A stretch of 54,540 nucleotides of DNA from Pseudomonadota bacterium (GTDB lineage Bacteria > Pseudomonadota > Alphaproteobacteria > CACIAM-22H2). The stretch spans positions 1 to 54,540 of the forward strand of contig JACQDQ010000115.1 in NCBI GenBank assembly GCA_016201015.1, in the 5' to 3' direction. The notes under the pieces were generated by a model that saw nothing but the letters and a program-made list of their open reading frames with translations, was not told the origin of the DNA and did not search any database. The translations under genes and the position numbers were made by a program. Of this stretch, positions 9,907-19,422 are shown in pieces. Numbering within the stretch: position 1 is the stretch's first letter; each line of letters starts with the position of its first letter.

Positions 9907-10001
9907 GAGGGGTATGTAAACTTCTTTCCTGCGGGTCGTTTGCGGCCTGGATCGAAGCCGGCGTCACCGGCAGGCGCAGGACTTGGCGGAGGAGGAAACG
10001 C

Positions 10002-10997
10002 ATGATGACGATACTGAAACAGGCGCTTCTGGCGGCCGCTCTTGTCGCAATCGCGGTCCCGGCGCAGGCGCAAAAGGTTCTGCGGCTGAATGAATCGCTG
10101 GGGCCCGGCAGCCCCGAGGAGCTGGCGCTCAACCACTTCAGGAAACTCGTCGAAGATGGCTCCCAGGGCCAGGTCAAGATCGCCATCCACCTGCAGGATG
10201 CGCTGGGCAAGCCGGACAGCGCGCTCGAAAGCCTGATGACGGGCGGCCTCGACCTCTATTCCGGCGCACTCGAATACTACGCCCAGATCGTCGGGCCGGA
10301 GATCAACGTCATCTCGCTGCCCTATCTCGTAAAAAACCAGGAGCATCTTCGCGCTTACCTCAAGAGCCCGGCCTTCCAAGGGGCGGAGAAGAAGCTGCTC
10401 GATCGCGGCATCCGCATCCTGTCGACCGAATGGAACGCCGACCGGGGACCCTATCGGGTGCTCGTCAGCGCCAAGCCGGTGCTCGGCCCGGACGACCTCA
10501 AGGGGCTGAAGGTCCGCATGTTTCCGAACGAGGTCTACATCCGCGCCTGGAAGCAGCTGGAGACCGTTCCCATTCAGCTCGCCTGGACCGAAACTTATCT
10601 CGGCATCCGGCAGGGCGTCGTGAACTCGGTCACCGCGCCGCTCAGCCTCGTGCGCTCGATGAAGTTCACCGAAGTCGCGCCATATCTGATCGAGATCCGC
10701 GAGTATCCCCAGACCTGGCCGATGACCATCAGCGAACGGACGTGGAAAAAATTAAGCGCCGAGGAGCAGAAGCTGCTCGTCGCCGCGGCCAACGCGGCGG
10801 GCAAGGTGTATGCCCAGACGACGATGGACCGGGCGCAATCCGACGTCGAGGCGATGATCCGCCAGAACAACGCCGTGGTCGTCCGCCTCAACACCGACTT
10901 GCTGCGCAGGAAGATGGAACCGCTTTATGCGCAGCTCGTGCAGGAAGGCATCATTTCGAAGCCGCTCTTCGACGCGGTCAACGCGCTGGCCAACTGA
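10002..10997 (+). CDS. dctP: TRAP transporter substrate-binding protein (DctP family), module 1
   Basis: Signal peptide (AAALVAIAVPAQA-QK). DctP-type fold features. Followed by the small and large TRAP permease genes. GGAGGAGG RBS upstream. Confidence 0.9.
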   Translation: MMTILKQALLAAALVAIAVPAQAQKVLRLNESLGPGSPEELALNHFRKLVEDGSQGQVKIAIHLQDALGKPDSALESLMTGGLDLYSGALEYYAQIVGPEINVISLPYLVKNQEHLRAYLKSPAFQGAEKKLLDRGIRILSTEWNADRGPYRVLVSAKPVLGPDDLKGLKVRMFPNEVYIRAWKQLETVPIQLAWTETYLGIRQGVVNSVTAPLSLVRSMKFTEVAPYLIEIREYPQTWPMTISERTWKKLSAEEQKLLVAAANAAGKVYAQTTMDRAQSDVEAMIRQNNAVVVRLNTDLLRRKMEPLYAQLVQEGIISKPLFDAVNALAN

Positions 10998-11082
10998 AGC
11001 CGGAGCCGCGGGCGCCGTCACTGGCGCCCGCATCTGTCGAGACTTTCCGGCGAGTCGGATCGCCGGCGAATATTAGAGAGTC

Positions 11083-11616
11083 ATGAGCCGTCAAAGCCCA
11101 GGCTATACGGCGCTCGTTGCCATCACCGAGGGCGCCAACCGGGTCTGCATTGTCGTCACGACGGCGGCATTGGCGCTGATCCTGTGTATCAACGGGATGG
11201 AAATCGTCGGCCGCACGGCGTTTTCGGTGTCCTATGCCTGGGGCTTCGAAACGAATCTCCTGCTCGGCGCGTGGCTCTATTTCATCGGCATCTACCAAGT
11301 CTATCACCGCAACGCAGACATCACCGTCGAGTTTTTCATCGATCGGCTGCCGGCGCGGTGGCGAGCCGCCGTGGCAACGGCGCTCAACATCGTGACTTGT
11401 GCAACGCTCGCGGTGCTTGTCTGGTTCGGTTGGCAACTGATCGAGCTCCAGCTGCCGTTCCGCACACCCGGGTCGCGGATACCCACGGCGCTGTTCACCA
11501 CCCCGCTCGTCATCAGTGCCGTGCTGATGATCGCCGTCGTCGCCCGCCGGACGTGGGAATTGTGGCTCGATGACGGCGAGACGACCGGCGGCCCTGTCGT
11601 GGGGCCGTGGCCATGA
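11083..11616 (+). CDS. dctQ: TRAP transporter small permease (DctQ family), module 1
   Basis: 177 aa, four hydrophobic spans, located between the DctP and DctM genes. Overlaps the dctM start by 10 nt. Confidence 0.85.
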   Translation: MSRQSPGYTALVAITEGANRVCIVVTTAALALILCINGMEIVGRTAFSVSYAWGFETNLLLGAWLYFIGIYQVYHRNADITVEFFIDRLPARWRAAVATALNIVTCATLAVLVWFGWQLIELQLPFRTPGSRIPTALFTTPLVISAVLMIAVVARRTWELWLDDGETTGGPVVGPWP

Positions 11617-12914
11617 TCTCGGTGCTGCTGATCGGCCTGTTCTTCGTCTTCATGATGGCCGGCCTGCCGGTGGCGATCTCGATCATGCTGGCGACGATCG
11701 TCGCCATGGTGACCGGCGGCTACGACCTGATGTCGCTGCCGCAGCACATGGCGTCCAGCATCAAGAGCATCGAGCTGATGGCGATCCCGTTTTTCATCCT
11801 GGCGGCGGCGCTGATGAATGTCTTCGGGATGACGCGCCGCATCTTCGATTTCGCCGACGCCGCGGTCGGCTGGCTGCGCGGCGGGCTGGCGCAGGCGAAC
11901 GTCCTGGCCGGATTCATCTTCGCCGGCATCTCGGGTGCGGCGGTCGCCGATGCCGCGGCGCTTGGCGCCATCTCGATGAGGGAGATGCCGCGCGCCGGCT
12001 ATCCCGCGCCGTTCTCCGCCGCGGTGGTCATCTCCGTGTCGACGCTCGGTCCGATCATCCCGCCGAGCATCATGATGGTCGTGTACGCGATCACCGCCGA
12101 CGTCTCGATTGCCCGCCTGTTCATCGCCGGGTTCGGGCCGGGCATCCTGATGGCAATGGCGCTGATGATCCTCATTTGGGTCCTGACCGCGACCGGTGTC
12201 GTGCCGTCGCCGGGAACGACACGATTCTCCTGGCGCCGGCTAGGGCAGGCGACGCGCACGTCGATCCTTTCGCTATTCGCGCCGGTCGTCATCCTTCGCG
12301 GCATGGTGGTCGGCTGGGTGACGCCGACCGAGGCCGGCGTTCTGGCCTGCGTCTACGCGATCCTCATCGGCATTCTGCAGCGCGAGGTCACGCCGCGGCG
12401 GCTGTTCGAGGCGTTCCGCGAAACCGTCGAGGGCAGCGCCCTCATCCTATACATCATCGCCGTCTCGTCGGCCCTGTCTTACGTCTTCGTTGCCGAGGGG
12501 ACGGCGGCGCAGCTTTCCGAGCTGATGGCGTCGCTCAGCATCGGGCCGGTCAGCTTCCTCCTGCTCGCCAATCTTCTGCTGCTGATCCTCGGCTGCCTGA
12601 TCGAAACCCTGCCGGCAATGCTGCTGTCCGTGCCGCTCCTGCTGCCGACGGCGAAGGCGCTCGGCGTCGATCTCGTGCATTTCGGCGTCGTCGTGATCCT
12701 CAACCTCATCATCGGGATCATGACGCCGCCCATGGGTATCGGGCTCTACATCCTCATGGCGGTGTCGAAGGTGAAGTTCGGCGAGCTCGTGCGGGCGTGC
12801 CTGCCGTTCATTTTCGTTCTTCTCGTCGCACTGCTGGTCATCACGTTCGTGCCGCAGATCACGCTGTGGCTTCCCAACCTTCTCTTTCCGGACCCGGGAG
12901 CGCTCGCGAAATAG
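11607..12914 (+). CDS. dctM: TRAP transporter large permease (DctM family), module 1
   Basis: 435 aa polytopic membrane protein. Typical DctM sequence (AIPFFILAAALMN, GISGAAVADAAALG, TPPMGIGLY). Confidence 0.92.
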   Translation: MAMISVLLIGLFFVFMMAGLPVAISIMLATIVAMVTGGYDLMSLPQHMASSIKSIELMAIPFFILAAALMNVFGMTRRIFDFADAAVGWLRGGLAQANVLAGFIFAGISGAAVADAAALGAISMREMPRAGYPAPFSAAVVISVSTLGPIIPPSIMMVVYAITADVSIARLFIAGFGPGILMAMALMILIWVLTATGVVPSPGTTRFSWRRLGQATRTSILSLFAPVVILRGMVVGWVTPTEAGVLACVYAILIGILQREVTPRRLFEAFRETVEGSALILYIIAVSSALSYVFVAEGTAAQLSELMASLSIGPVSFLLLANLLLLILGCLIETLPAMLLSVPLLLPTAKALGVDLVHFGVVVILNLIIGIMTPPMGIGLYILMAVSKVKFGELVRACLPFIFVLLVALLVITFVPQITLWLPNLLFPDPGALAK

Positions 12915-12926
12915 CGGGATAGAGGA

Positions 12927-15011
12927 ATGCCATTGTCGCTCAAGATCGCCGCCGATATCGGCGGAACCTTCACCGATATCGTCATGCTCCTGGCCGACGG
13001 AACCGTCGCCATGCGCAAGGTTCCGTCGACGCCCGATGACTATGGGCGCGGCGTGGTCGAAGGCATTCAGGCCCTGGTCGCCGACCTCAAGCTGCCGGCG
13101 AGCGAGATCAGCGAAGTCCTGCACGGCTGCACCGTGGCGACGAACGCGATCCTCGAGAAGAAGGGCGCCCGCACGGCGCTGCTGACGACGCGTGGCTTCC
13201 GCGACGTGCTGGAATTCCGGCGCATTCGCGTGCCGCGGCTATACGATCCGCTCTATCGCAAGCCGGAGCCGTTGGCGCCGCGCAATCTGCGCCTCGAGAT
13301 CACCGAGCGCGTGGCCGCCGACGGCAGCATCGTGACGCCGCTCGACGAGGCCGATGTGCGGCGCGCCATCGAAACCCTGCGCCGCGAGAAGGTCGAGGCG
13401 GTCGCGGTCTGTTTCCTGCACTCCTACGCCAATCCGGCCCATGAGCGCCTTGTCGCCGAGATGCTGCGGCGCGAGCTGCCGAATGTCTTCGTCACCCTGT
13501 CGGTCGACGTCCTGCCGGAGATCCGGGAGTACGAGCGGACGAGCACGGCCGTTATCAACGCCTATGTCGGTCCGCCGGTCGCCACCTATATCCGCAATCT
13601 CGAGACCAGCCTCAAGCGGGCCGGCATCGGCGCCCCGCTGCTGGTCATGCAGTCGAGCGGCGGAATCCTCGATGCCGCTACCGTGACAAGCACGCCGGCG
13701 CGCATCATCGAATGCGGCCCGGCGGCCGGCGTCATCGGCGCCGCATACCAGGCGGCCGTCGCCGGGTACGCGAATGTCATCGCCTTCGACATGGGCGGCA
13801 CGACGGCGAAGGCGTCATTGATCGAGCAGGGGCGGATCAGTCGCACCGACGAATACGAGGTCGGCGGCGGCATCTCGCTGAGCAGCCGTCTGGTGAAGGG
13901 CGGCGGCTACGCGCTCAAGCTGCCGGTCATCGACATCTCGGAGGTAGGGGCTGGCGGCGGCAGCATCGTCTGGTTCGACAAGGGCGGCGCGCTCAAGGTC
14001 GGCCCGGAAAGCGCCGGCGCCGTGCCCGGGCCGGCCTGCTACGACATGGGCGGTACGGCGGCGACGGTAACCGACGCCAACGTCGTGCTCGGCTTCCTCA
14101 ATCCCGAGGCGCTCGCCGGCGGTACGGTGCCGATCAAGGCGCAGCTCAGCCGTGACGTCATCGCGCGGAACGTGGCCGAGCCGCTCGGCGTATCGCTTCA
14201 CGACGCCGCCTGGTGGGTGCACGTCGTCGCCGACTCCAACATGATGCGCGCCGTGAAGGCGGTCTCGACCTATCGCGGCCGCGATCCGTCGGATTTCGTC
14301 CTGATGGCTTTCGGCGGCAATGGCGGCATTTTCGCCGTCGAGTTGGCGCGCCAGCTGCAGATCAAGCGGGTCGTCGTGCCGCCGGCGGCCGGCGTGTTCA
14401 GCGCCGTCGGCCTCTGCGTTGCCGAAATGCAGTTCAGTCAGTCGCACGCTTTCCTCCATCGCCTGTCGCTTCTGGCGCCGGAAACGATCAATGCGGCGCT
14501 CGACGGGCTGGCTGCGGCGGTGCTTGCCAAGCTGCAATGGTCGGGCAAGCCGGCGCGGACGCATCGCACCGCGGCCATGCGTTATGTCGGGCAGGCGTTC
14601 GAGCTGCCGGTCGATCTGCCCGACCGGCCGATCACCGCGGCGGATCTGCGGTCGTTAGCCGCCGCCTTCGAGCAGGAGCATATGCGTACCTACGGCCACC
14701 GGTCGGCGGACGGATCGGACGTGGAGATCGTGGCGATCGAGATCGTCGCCGCCGTTGTCGAGCCCGATGCGGCACGGCCGCAGCCGCACGCGGCCGTGCC
14801 GCCCGCGCTGCCGCTGCCGGGCACACGGCTCGCCCATTTCGGGCCGGCCGGATCGCACAGGACACCGGTGCTGCGGCGCGCGCATCTCAGCGAGCGCCCG
14901 ACGCCGGGCCCGCTCATCATCGAAGAGTATGAGGGAACCGCGGTCGTGCCACCCGGCGCCAGCGCATGGCTGGATCACGCGTCCGACATCATCATCGATG
15001 TCGGCCCATGA
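12927..15011 (+). CDS. hyuA: Hydantoinase A / oxoprolinase-family ATP-dependent amidohydrolase, A subunit (module 1)
   Basis: 694 aa. ASKHA-fold motifs DIGGTFTD and FDMGGTTAK, plus SEVGAGGGSI. Stop overlaps the next start (ATGA). Confidence 0.92.
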   Translation: MPLSLKIAADIGGTFTDIVMLLADGTVAMRKVPSTPDDYGRGVVEGIQALVADLKLPASEISEVLHGCTVATNAILEKKGARTALLTTRGFRDVLEFRRIRVPRLYDPLYRKPEPLAPRNLRLEITERVAADGSIVTPLDEADVRRAIETLRREKVEAVAVCFLHSYANPAHERLVAEMLRRELPNVFVTLSVDVLPEIREYERTSTAVINAYVGPPVATYIRNLETSLKRAGIGAPLLVMQSSGGILDAATVTSTPARIIECGPAAGVIGAAYQAAVAGYANVIAFDMGGTTAKASLIEQGRISRTDEYEVGGGISLSSRLVKGGGYALKLPVIDISEVGAGGGSIVWFDKGGALKVGPESAGAVPGPACYDMGGTAATVTDANVVLGFLNPEALAGGTVPIKAQLSRDVIARNVAEPLGVSLHDAAWWVHVVADSNMMRAVKAVSTYRGRDPSDFVLMAFGGNGGIFAVELARQLQIKRVVVPPAAGVFSAVGLCVAEMQFSQSHAFLHRLSLLAPETINAALDGLAAAVLAKLQWSGKPARTHRTAAMRYVGQAFELPVDLPDRPITAADLRSLAAAFEQEHMRTYGHRSADGSDVEIVAIEIVAAVVEPDAARPQPHAAVPPALPLPGTRLAHFGPAGSHRTPVLRRAHLSERPTPGPLIIEEYEGTAVVPPGASAWLDHASDIIIDVGP

Positions 15012-16789
15012 CCACTCACCATCATCATCGCCCGGTGGCCGCCATGACGCGCAACATCAGCCCGTTTCTGTTGGAGGTCGTGAAGAACGCCCTCGACACG
15101 ATCGCCGACGAGCTCGCCATCATCATCATGCGCACGGCCTACTCGAGCATCGTCCGCGACGCCATGGACTATTCGACGGCGATCTGCGACGCGCAGGGCA
15201 GAACCCTGGCGCAGGGCCTGACGACCCCGCTCCATCTCGGCAGCTTCTTCGATGCGATGCAGAACCTGATCGCGGTCCATGGCGATCGGGTGCGCCCGGG
15301 CGACATCTTCATCTTCAACGACCCCTATCTCGCCGCCGGGCAGCATCTGCCGGACATCTACATCGTCAGCCCGATCTTCATCGGCGATACGCTCGAAGGA
15401 TGGGCGACGACGGTCGCCCACCACAACGACGTGGGCGGCATCGTGCCGGGCAGCAACTCGATTGGCTCGACCGAAATCTTCCAGGAGGGGCTGCGGCTTC
15501 CGCTGCTCAAGCTCTACGATGGTGGCGTCGAGAACGGCGCGATCTGGGACATCGTCGCGGCGAATGTCCGCGTCCCCGACAAGGTCGTTGGCGACATCAA
15601 GGCGCAAATTGCCGCCTGCCGCGTCGGCGAGCGCGAGTTTCGCGCGCTGTTCGGCCGCTACGGCGCGGCGACGCTGCGGGACTGCTTCGAGGAGATTCAT
15701 GACTACGCCGAGCGTCTGGCGCGCGCCGAGTTCCGCGACATTCCCGATGGCACGTACCGCTTCACCAATCATATCGACGGCATCGGCGAAAACCCCGAGC
15801 CGATCGTCTTCAACGTCGCATTGACGGTGAAAGGAGACGACATCGTCATCGACTGGACCGGGACCTCGCGGCAGATCAAGGCCGGCATCAACTCCCCGGT
15901 CCCGTTCACCAAGGCTGCGGCCTATGCCGCGCTGCGCGCGGTGGTCCCGAGCGAGGTGCCGAACGCGCAAGGCTTCACGCGGCCGATCACCATCATCGCC
16001 CCCGAGGGCAGCATCGTGAATCCGACGGCGCCGGCGGCGTGCGGCGCCCGCGGCATCACCGGCTTCCGCATGATCGATTGCCTCATGGGGGCGTTGGCGC
16101 AGGCCATGCCGGCGCGGATCGCCGCCGACGGCAATGGCGGGGCGACGATCCCGTCGATCGGCGGGTTCCACGAGCGGCGGCCTTTCGTCTTCGTCGAGAC
16201 GATGATGGGCACCTGGGGTGGAACGGCGACGCATGACGGCCAGGAAGGCGTCGCACATATCGGCGCGAACCAGTCGAACATCCCGATCGAGACGATCGAG
16301 GCCGAATATCCGCTGCGCGTCGAGCAGTATGCCCTGATCCCCGATAGCGGAGGGGCCGGAAGATTCCGCGGCGGCCTTGGCATCGTGCGCGATTTCCGCC
16401 TGCTTGCCGACGAGGCGGTGATCACGATCCGGTCGGACAAGCGGCGCTTCCCGCCATACGGATTGTTCGGCGGCAAGGCCGGCACATCGTCGTGGAATAT
16501 CCTCAATCCGGAGGGGCCGGGTCGACGCATCCTGCCGGTACTGCTGACGCAGCCGGTGACGTTGCGCAAAGGCGACGTCTACCGCCACGTCCTGGCCGGC
16601 GGCGGCGGCTACGGACCGTCGCTCGAGCGGGATCCCGAGCTCGTCCGGCGCGACGTCATCCTGGGAAAGGTCAGCGTCGCCCACGCGCGCGACGCTTACG
16701 GCGTGGCGATCGTCGAGACCACGTCCGGCTTCGTCGTCGACGCCGCCGCCACCGCGGCGCTGCGCGCGCAAATGGCCACGGCGGCATGA
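15008..16789 (+). CDS. hyuB: Hydantoinase B / oxoprolinase-family, B subunit (module 1)
   Basis: Hydantoinase_B-type sequence (FNDPYLAAGQHLPDIY, DSGGAGRFRGGLG, GGGGYGP). The ATG at 15008 overlaps the hyuA stop (ATGA). Alignment with the module-2 paralogue favours the alternative start at 15044 (MTRNISPFLLEVVKN). Confidence 0.88.
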   Translation: MTTHHHHRPVAAMTRNISPFLLEVVKNALDTIADELAIIIMRTAYSSIVRDAMDYSTAICDAQGRTLAQGLTTPLHLGSFFDAMQNLIAVHGDRVRPGDIFIFNDPYLAAGQHLPDIYIVSPIFIGDTLEGWATTVAHHNDVGGIVPGSNSIGSTEIFQEGLRLPLLKLYDGGVENGAIWDIVAANVRVPDKVVGDIKAQIAACRVGEREFRALFGRYGAATLRDCFEEIHDYAERLARAEFRDIPDGTYRFTNHIDGIGENPEPIVFNVALTVKGDDIVIDWTGTSRQIKAGINSPVPFTKAAAYAALRAVVPSEVPNAQGFTRPITIIAPEGSIVNPTAPAACGARGITGFRMIDCLMGALAQAMPARIAADGNGGATIPSIGGFHERRPFVFVETMMGTWGGTATHDGQEGVAHIGANQSNIPIETIEAEYPLRVEQYALIPDSGGAGRFRGGLGIVRDFRLLADEAVITIRSDKRRFPPYGLFGGKAGTSSWNILNPEGPGRRILPVLLTQPVTLRKGDVYRHVLAGGGGYGPSLERDPELVRRDVILGKVSVAHARDAYGVAIVETTSGFVVDAAATAALRAQMATAA

Positions 16790-18372
16790 GCATCGACCTT
16801 CTGATCAAGGGTGGCGGGATCGTCGACGGCACCGGCCGCCCGGCCCTGCGGGCGGACGTGGCAATCGCCAGCGGCCGGATCGCGGCGATCGGGTCGATCG
16901 ACGCGCCGGAAGGCGTCGAAGTCATCGATGCCGCCGGACTGTGCGTCAGCCCCGGCTTCATCGATATCCACAGCCACTCCGACTACACGCTGCTGGTCGA
17001 TCCGCGCGCCATCAGTTCGATCACGCAGGGCGTGACGCTGGAAGTCGTCGGCAATTGCGGCCACGGCTGCGCGCCGATTCTCGATCGGGCGCTGGCGCCG
17101 ATGGCGATCTACGGGCCGGTCTCGCGCTTCGGTCTCGCCAGCGACGGGATGGGCGCCTACCTGGAGCGGCTCGACAAGGCGCGGCCGGCCGTCAACGTCG
17201 TCGCCCTGGTGCCGCACGGGCAGCTTCGTCTGGGCACCGTGGGCACCGCCCAGCGGCCGGGAACGCCCGACGAACTCGGCCAGATGAAGGCCGCCCTGGC
17301 CAAAGCCTTGGACGAGGGTGCCCACGGGTTCTCGACCGGCCTCGAATACGCGCAGGAAGTGTCCGCCACCGAGGCGGAGGTGGCCGAACTATGCACGGTG
17401 ACCGCTGCCGCCGGCGGCCTCTACGCCACGCATACGCGCAACCGCGACGAAGGCGCGGTTGCGGCGGTGGCCGAGGCGATCCGCACGGCGGAACGATCCA
17501 ACATCAAGTTGCAGGTCTCGCACATCTCGCCGCGCAGCGGCATCGCCGTCACCGAGGCCTGTCTCGACCTGGTAGACGCGGCACGGCGGCGCGGCCTGCC
17601 CGTCGGCTTCGACATGCATACGCGCCTGTTCGGCTTCACCCATCTCAAGAACATTCTGCCGGCTTGGGCGCTGGCGGGTTCCCCGCAGGACGTCGTCGCG
17701 CGTCTCGACGACGCCCGGCAACGGGAAAAGATGAGGACCCATCGCAGCCTGATCACGGCGCTCGGCGACTGGGAGCGCGTCAGCCTGGTGAGCAGTCGCC
17801 AGAACAAGGACATCGAAGGCGTCCCGTTTGCCGAGATCGGCCGCCGCCGGGGCATGCCTCCGCTCGACTGCGCCTACGACATTCTGAAGGCGGAGGCCGA
17901 CGATCTGTTCGTGCCGATGGTCGTGATGCAGTCCTACAGCGAGGAACAGCTGCGGCTGACATACCAGGCGCCCGACTGCCTGATCGGCTCCGACGCGACC
18001 GCACTGGCTCCCGACGGCCCCTTGGCGGGCGAAGTCTTTTATGGCGCCTATACCTGGGCCTCATGGTTCTATCGACGGATGGTCCGCGAGACCCGAACCT
18101 TCGCGCCGGAGGAAGCGATCCATCGCTTGACGCAGTTGCCGGCCACCGTGCTCGGCCTCTCGGATCGGGGGATGATCGCCGTGGGCGCCCAGGCCGACAT
18201 TGTCGCATTCGATTCCGCGCGTTTCGGCGAGCAGGGTACACTTGCCGAACCTAACCGGATCGCTCAGGGCATGCGGCACGTCGTCGTCAATGGCGTCGTT
18301 ACTCTGCGCGACGGGCGGCTCACCGGGGCGCGCGGCGGTCAAGTCCTGCGACGCGCGCACGCCGGAGGTTAA
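16786..18372 (+). CDS. D-aminoacylase-family metal amidohydrolase (N-acyl-D-amino-acid deacylase-like), module 1
   Basis: Track ORF trimmed to Met99 (MSIDLLIKGGGIVDGTG). FIDIHSHSD (HxH) and GNCG (metal Cys) as in D-aminoacylases, plus THTRN and SHISPR. ATGA overlap with hyuB. Confidence 0.87.
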   Translation: MSIDLLIKGGGIVDGTGRPALRADVAIASGRIAAIGSIDAPEGVEVIDAAGLCVSPGFIDIHSHSDYTLLVDPRAISSITQGVTLEVVGNCGHGCAPILDRALAPMAIYGPVSRFGLASDGMGAYLERLDKARPAVNVVALVPHGQLRLGTVGTAQRPGTPDELGQMKAALAKALDEGAHGFSTGLEYAQEVSATEAEVAELCTVTAAAGGLYATHTRNRDEGAVAAVAEAIRTAERSNIKLQVSHISPRSGIAVTEACLDLVDAARRRGLPVGFDMHTRLFGFTHLKNILPAWALAGSPQDVVARLDDARQREKMRTHRSLITALGDWERVSLVSSRQNKDIEGVPFAEIGRRRGMPPLDCAYDILKAEADDLFVPMVVMQSYSEEQLRLTYQAPDCLIGSDATALAPDGPLAGEVFYGAYTWASWFYRRMVRETRTFAPEEAIHRLTQLPATVLGLSDRGMIAVGAQADIVAFDSARFGEQGTLAEPNRIAQGMRHVVVNGVVTLRDGRLTGARGGQVLRRAHAGG

Positions 18373-18407
18373 GTCGTCGGCAGCCGCGGGTCGGGCGCCG
18401 AGCCGCT

Positions 18408-19304
18408 CTATCCCGGAACGCTGCCATGGACGAGCGGGCGTGCCAGCTCGCAGATGACCTCTAGATCCTGTCCGGGCGTGTCGCGGCGATAGGCGATCCA
18501 CGCCGGGTGCGGGGCGATGCCGGGCCGCGTGCGGAGTGCCCGCAGCTTGCCGCTGGCGATCTCTCGCTGCAGCAGCCCCACCGGCAGCAGGCTGACGCCG
18601 AACCCGGCGGCGGCAAGCTGGATCATGATGGTGAGGCTGTTGCAGGTGTTGAGACGCTTGGGCTCGGCGCGGCCTTTGGCGAACCATCCGCGTATCGTCC
18701 CGAACAGGTGCGACGGGCTGGGATTGGTGATGATCGGGTAGGCCCGGAGATCCGCCGGCGTCAGGATGCGGTCCGGCAGGCCGAGGCGCGGCGATGCCAC
18801 CCATTTGAGCGGCAGATCGATGAGCTTCTCGACATGAATGACGGGGCTCGGCGTGGGTGCGGTGAGCATCGCGATGTCGAGCGTGCCGCGCTGGAGCGCG
18901 GCGTCGAGATTGGCGGAGAAGTCGACGACGACCTCGATCTGCGCCTCGGGATGATGCTTTTCGATCTGCAACAAGAGATCAGGAAGGCAGGTCAGGGCGA
19001 AGGAATCGGCGACGCCCAGCCGGATCGGCCCGCTCAACCGGCGTCGGCCGGGGGATTGTCGGGTCATCCGGTCCGCGAGGCCGAGAATCTGCTCGGCATA
19101 ACCGACGACCTCACGGCCGCGCGGCGTAAGACGCGCCCGATAGCTGCGGCGATCGAACAGGGCGACGCCGACCTGCGCCTCGAGTTCGCGCACGCGCATC
19201 GATATGGTCGGCTGCGTCAGATGCAGCCGGGCCGCCGCTGCCCGGAAGCTGCCGAGCCGGGCGATCCAAACCAAGGTCTCGAGGTGACCCATACTCATTC
19301 TCAT
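18408..19304 (-). CDS. LysR-family transcriptional regulator (module 2)
   Basis: HTH LETLVWIARLGSFRAAAARLHLTQPTISMRVRELEA, clearly paralogous to the module-1 LysR. Divergent from hyuA-2. Confidence 0.9.
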   Translation of the reverse strand: MRMSMGHLETLVWIARLGSFRAAAARLHLTQPTISMRVRELEAQVGVALFDRRSYRARLTPRGREVVGYAEQILGLADRMTRQSPGRRRLSGPIRLGVADSFALTCLPDLLLQIEKHHPEAQIEVVVDFSANLDAALQRGTLDIAMLTAPTPSPVIHVEKLIDLPLKWVASPRLGLPDRILTPADLRAYPIITNPSPSHLFGTIRGWFAKGRAEPKRLNTCNSLTIMIQLAAAGFGVSLLPVGLLQREIASGKLRALRTRPGIAPHPAWIAYRRDTPGQDLEVICELARPLVHGSVPG

Positions 19305-19323
19305 GATTATTAATCCCTATCAT
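19303..19323. promoter_or_regulatory. Candidate LysR box ATGAT-N11-ATCAT (T-N11-A type) overlapping the lysR-2 start
   Basis: 5-bp inverted arms spaced by 11 nt in the AT-rich divergent region. It shares the (A)TCATGA core with the module-1 site. Confidence 0.35.
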
Positions 19324-19422
19324 GATCCTTCAGGAACTTTGATTAGAATTTATCGTTCTTCCGGCTTAACCTGAACTGGAAAAATCGGCCCGCGCGGGCG
19401 ATCAAACGATATAGGGGCGGCG

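Noticed and set aside
14975-16771. 598-aa minus-strand ORF antisense to hyuB-1. The same applies to 19402..21360 and 21342..23276, which are antisense to hyuA-2 and hyuB-2.
   Set aside because: Low-complexity Arg/Asp/Ala-rich translations without family motifs. The sense strands encode full-length, motif-bearing hydantoinase subunits.
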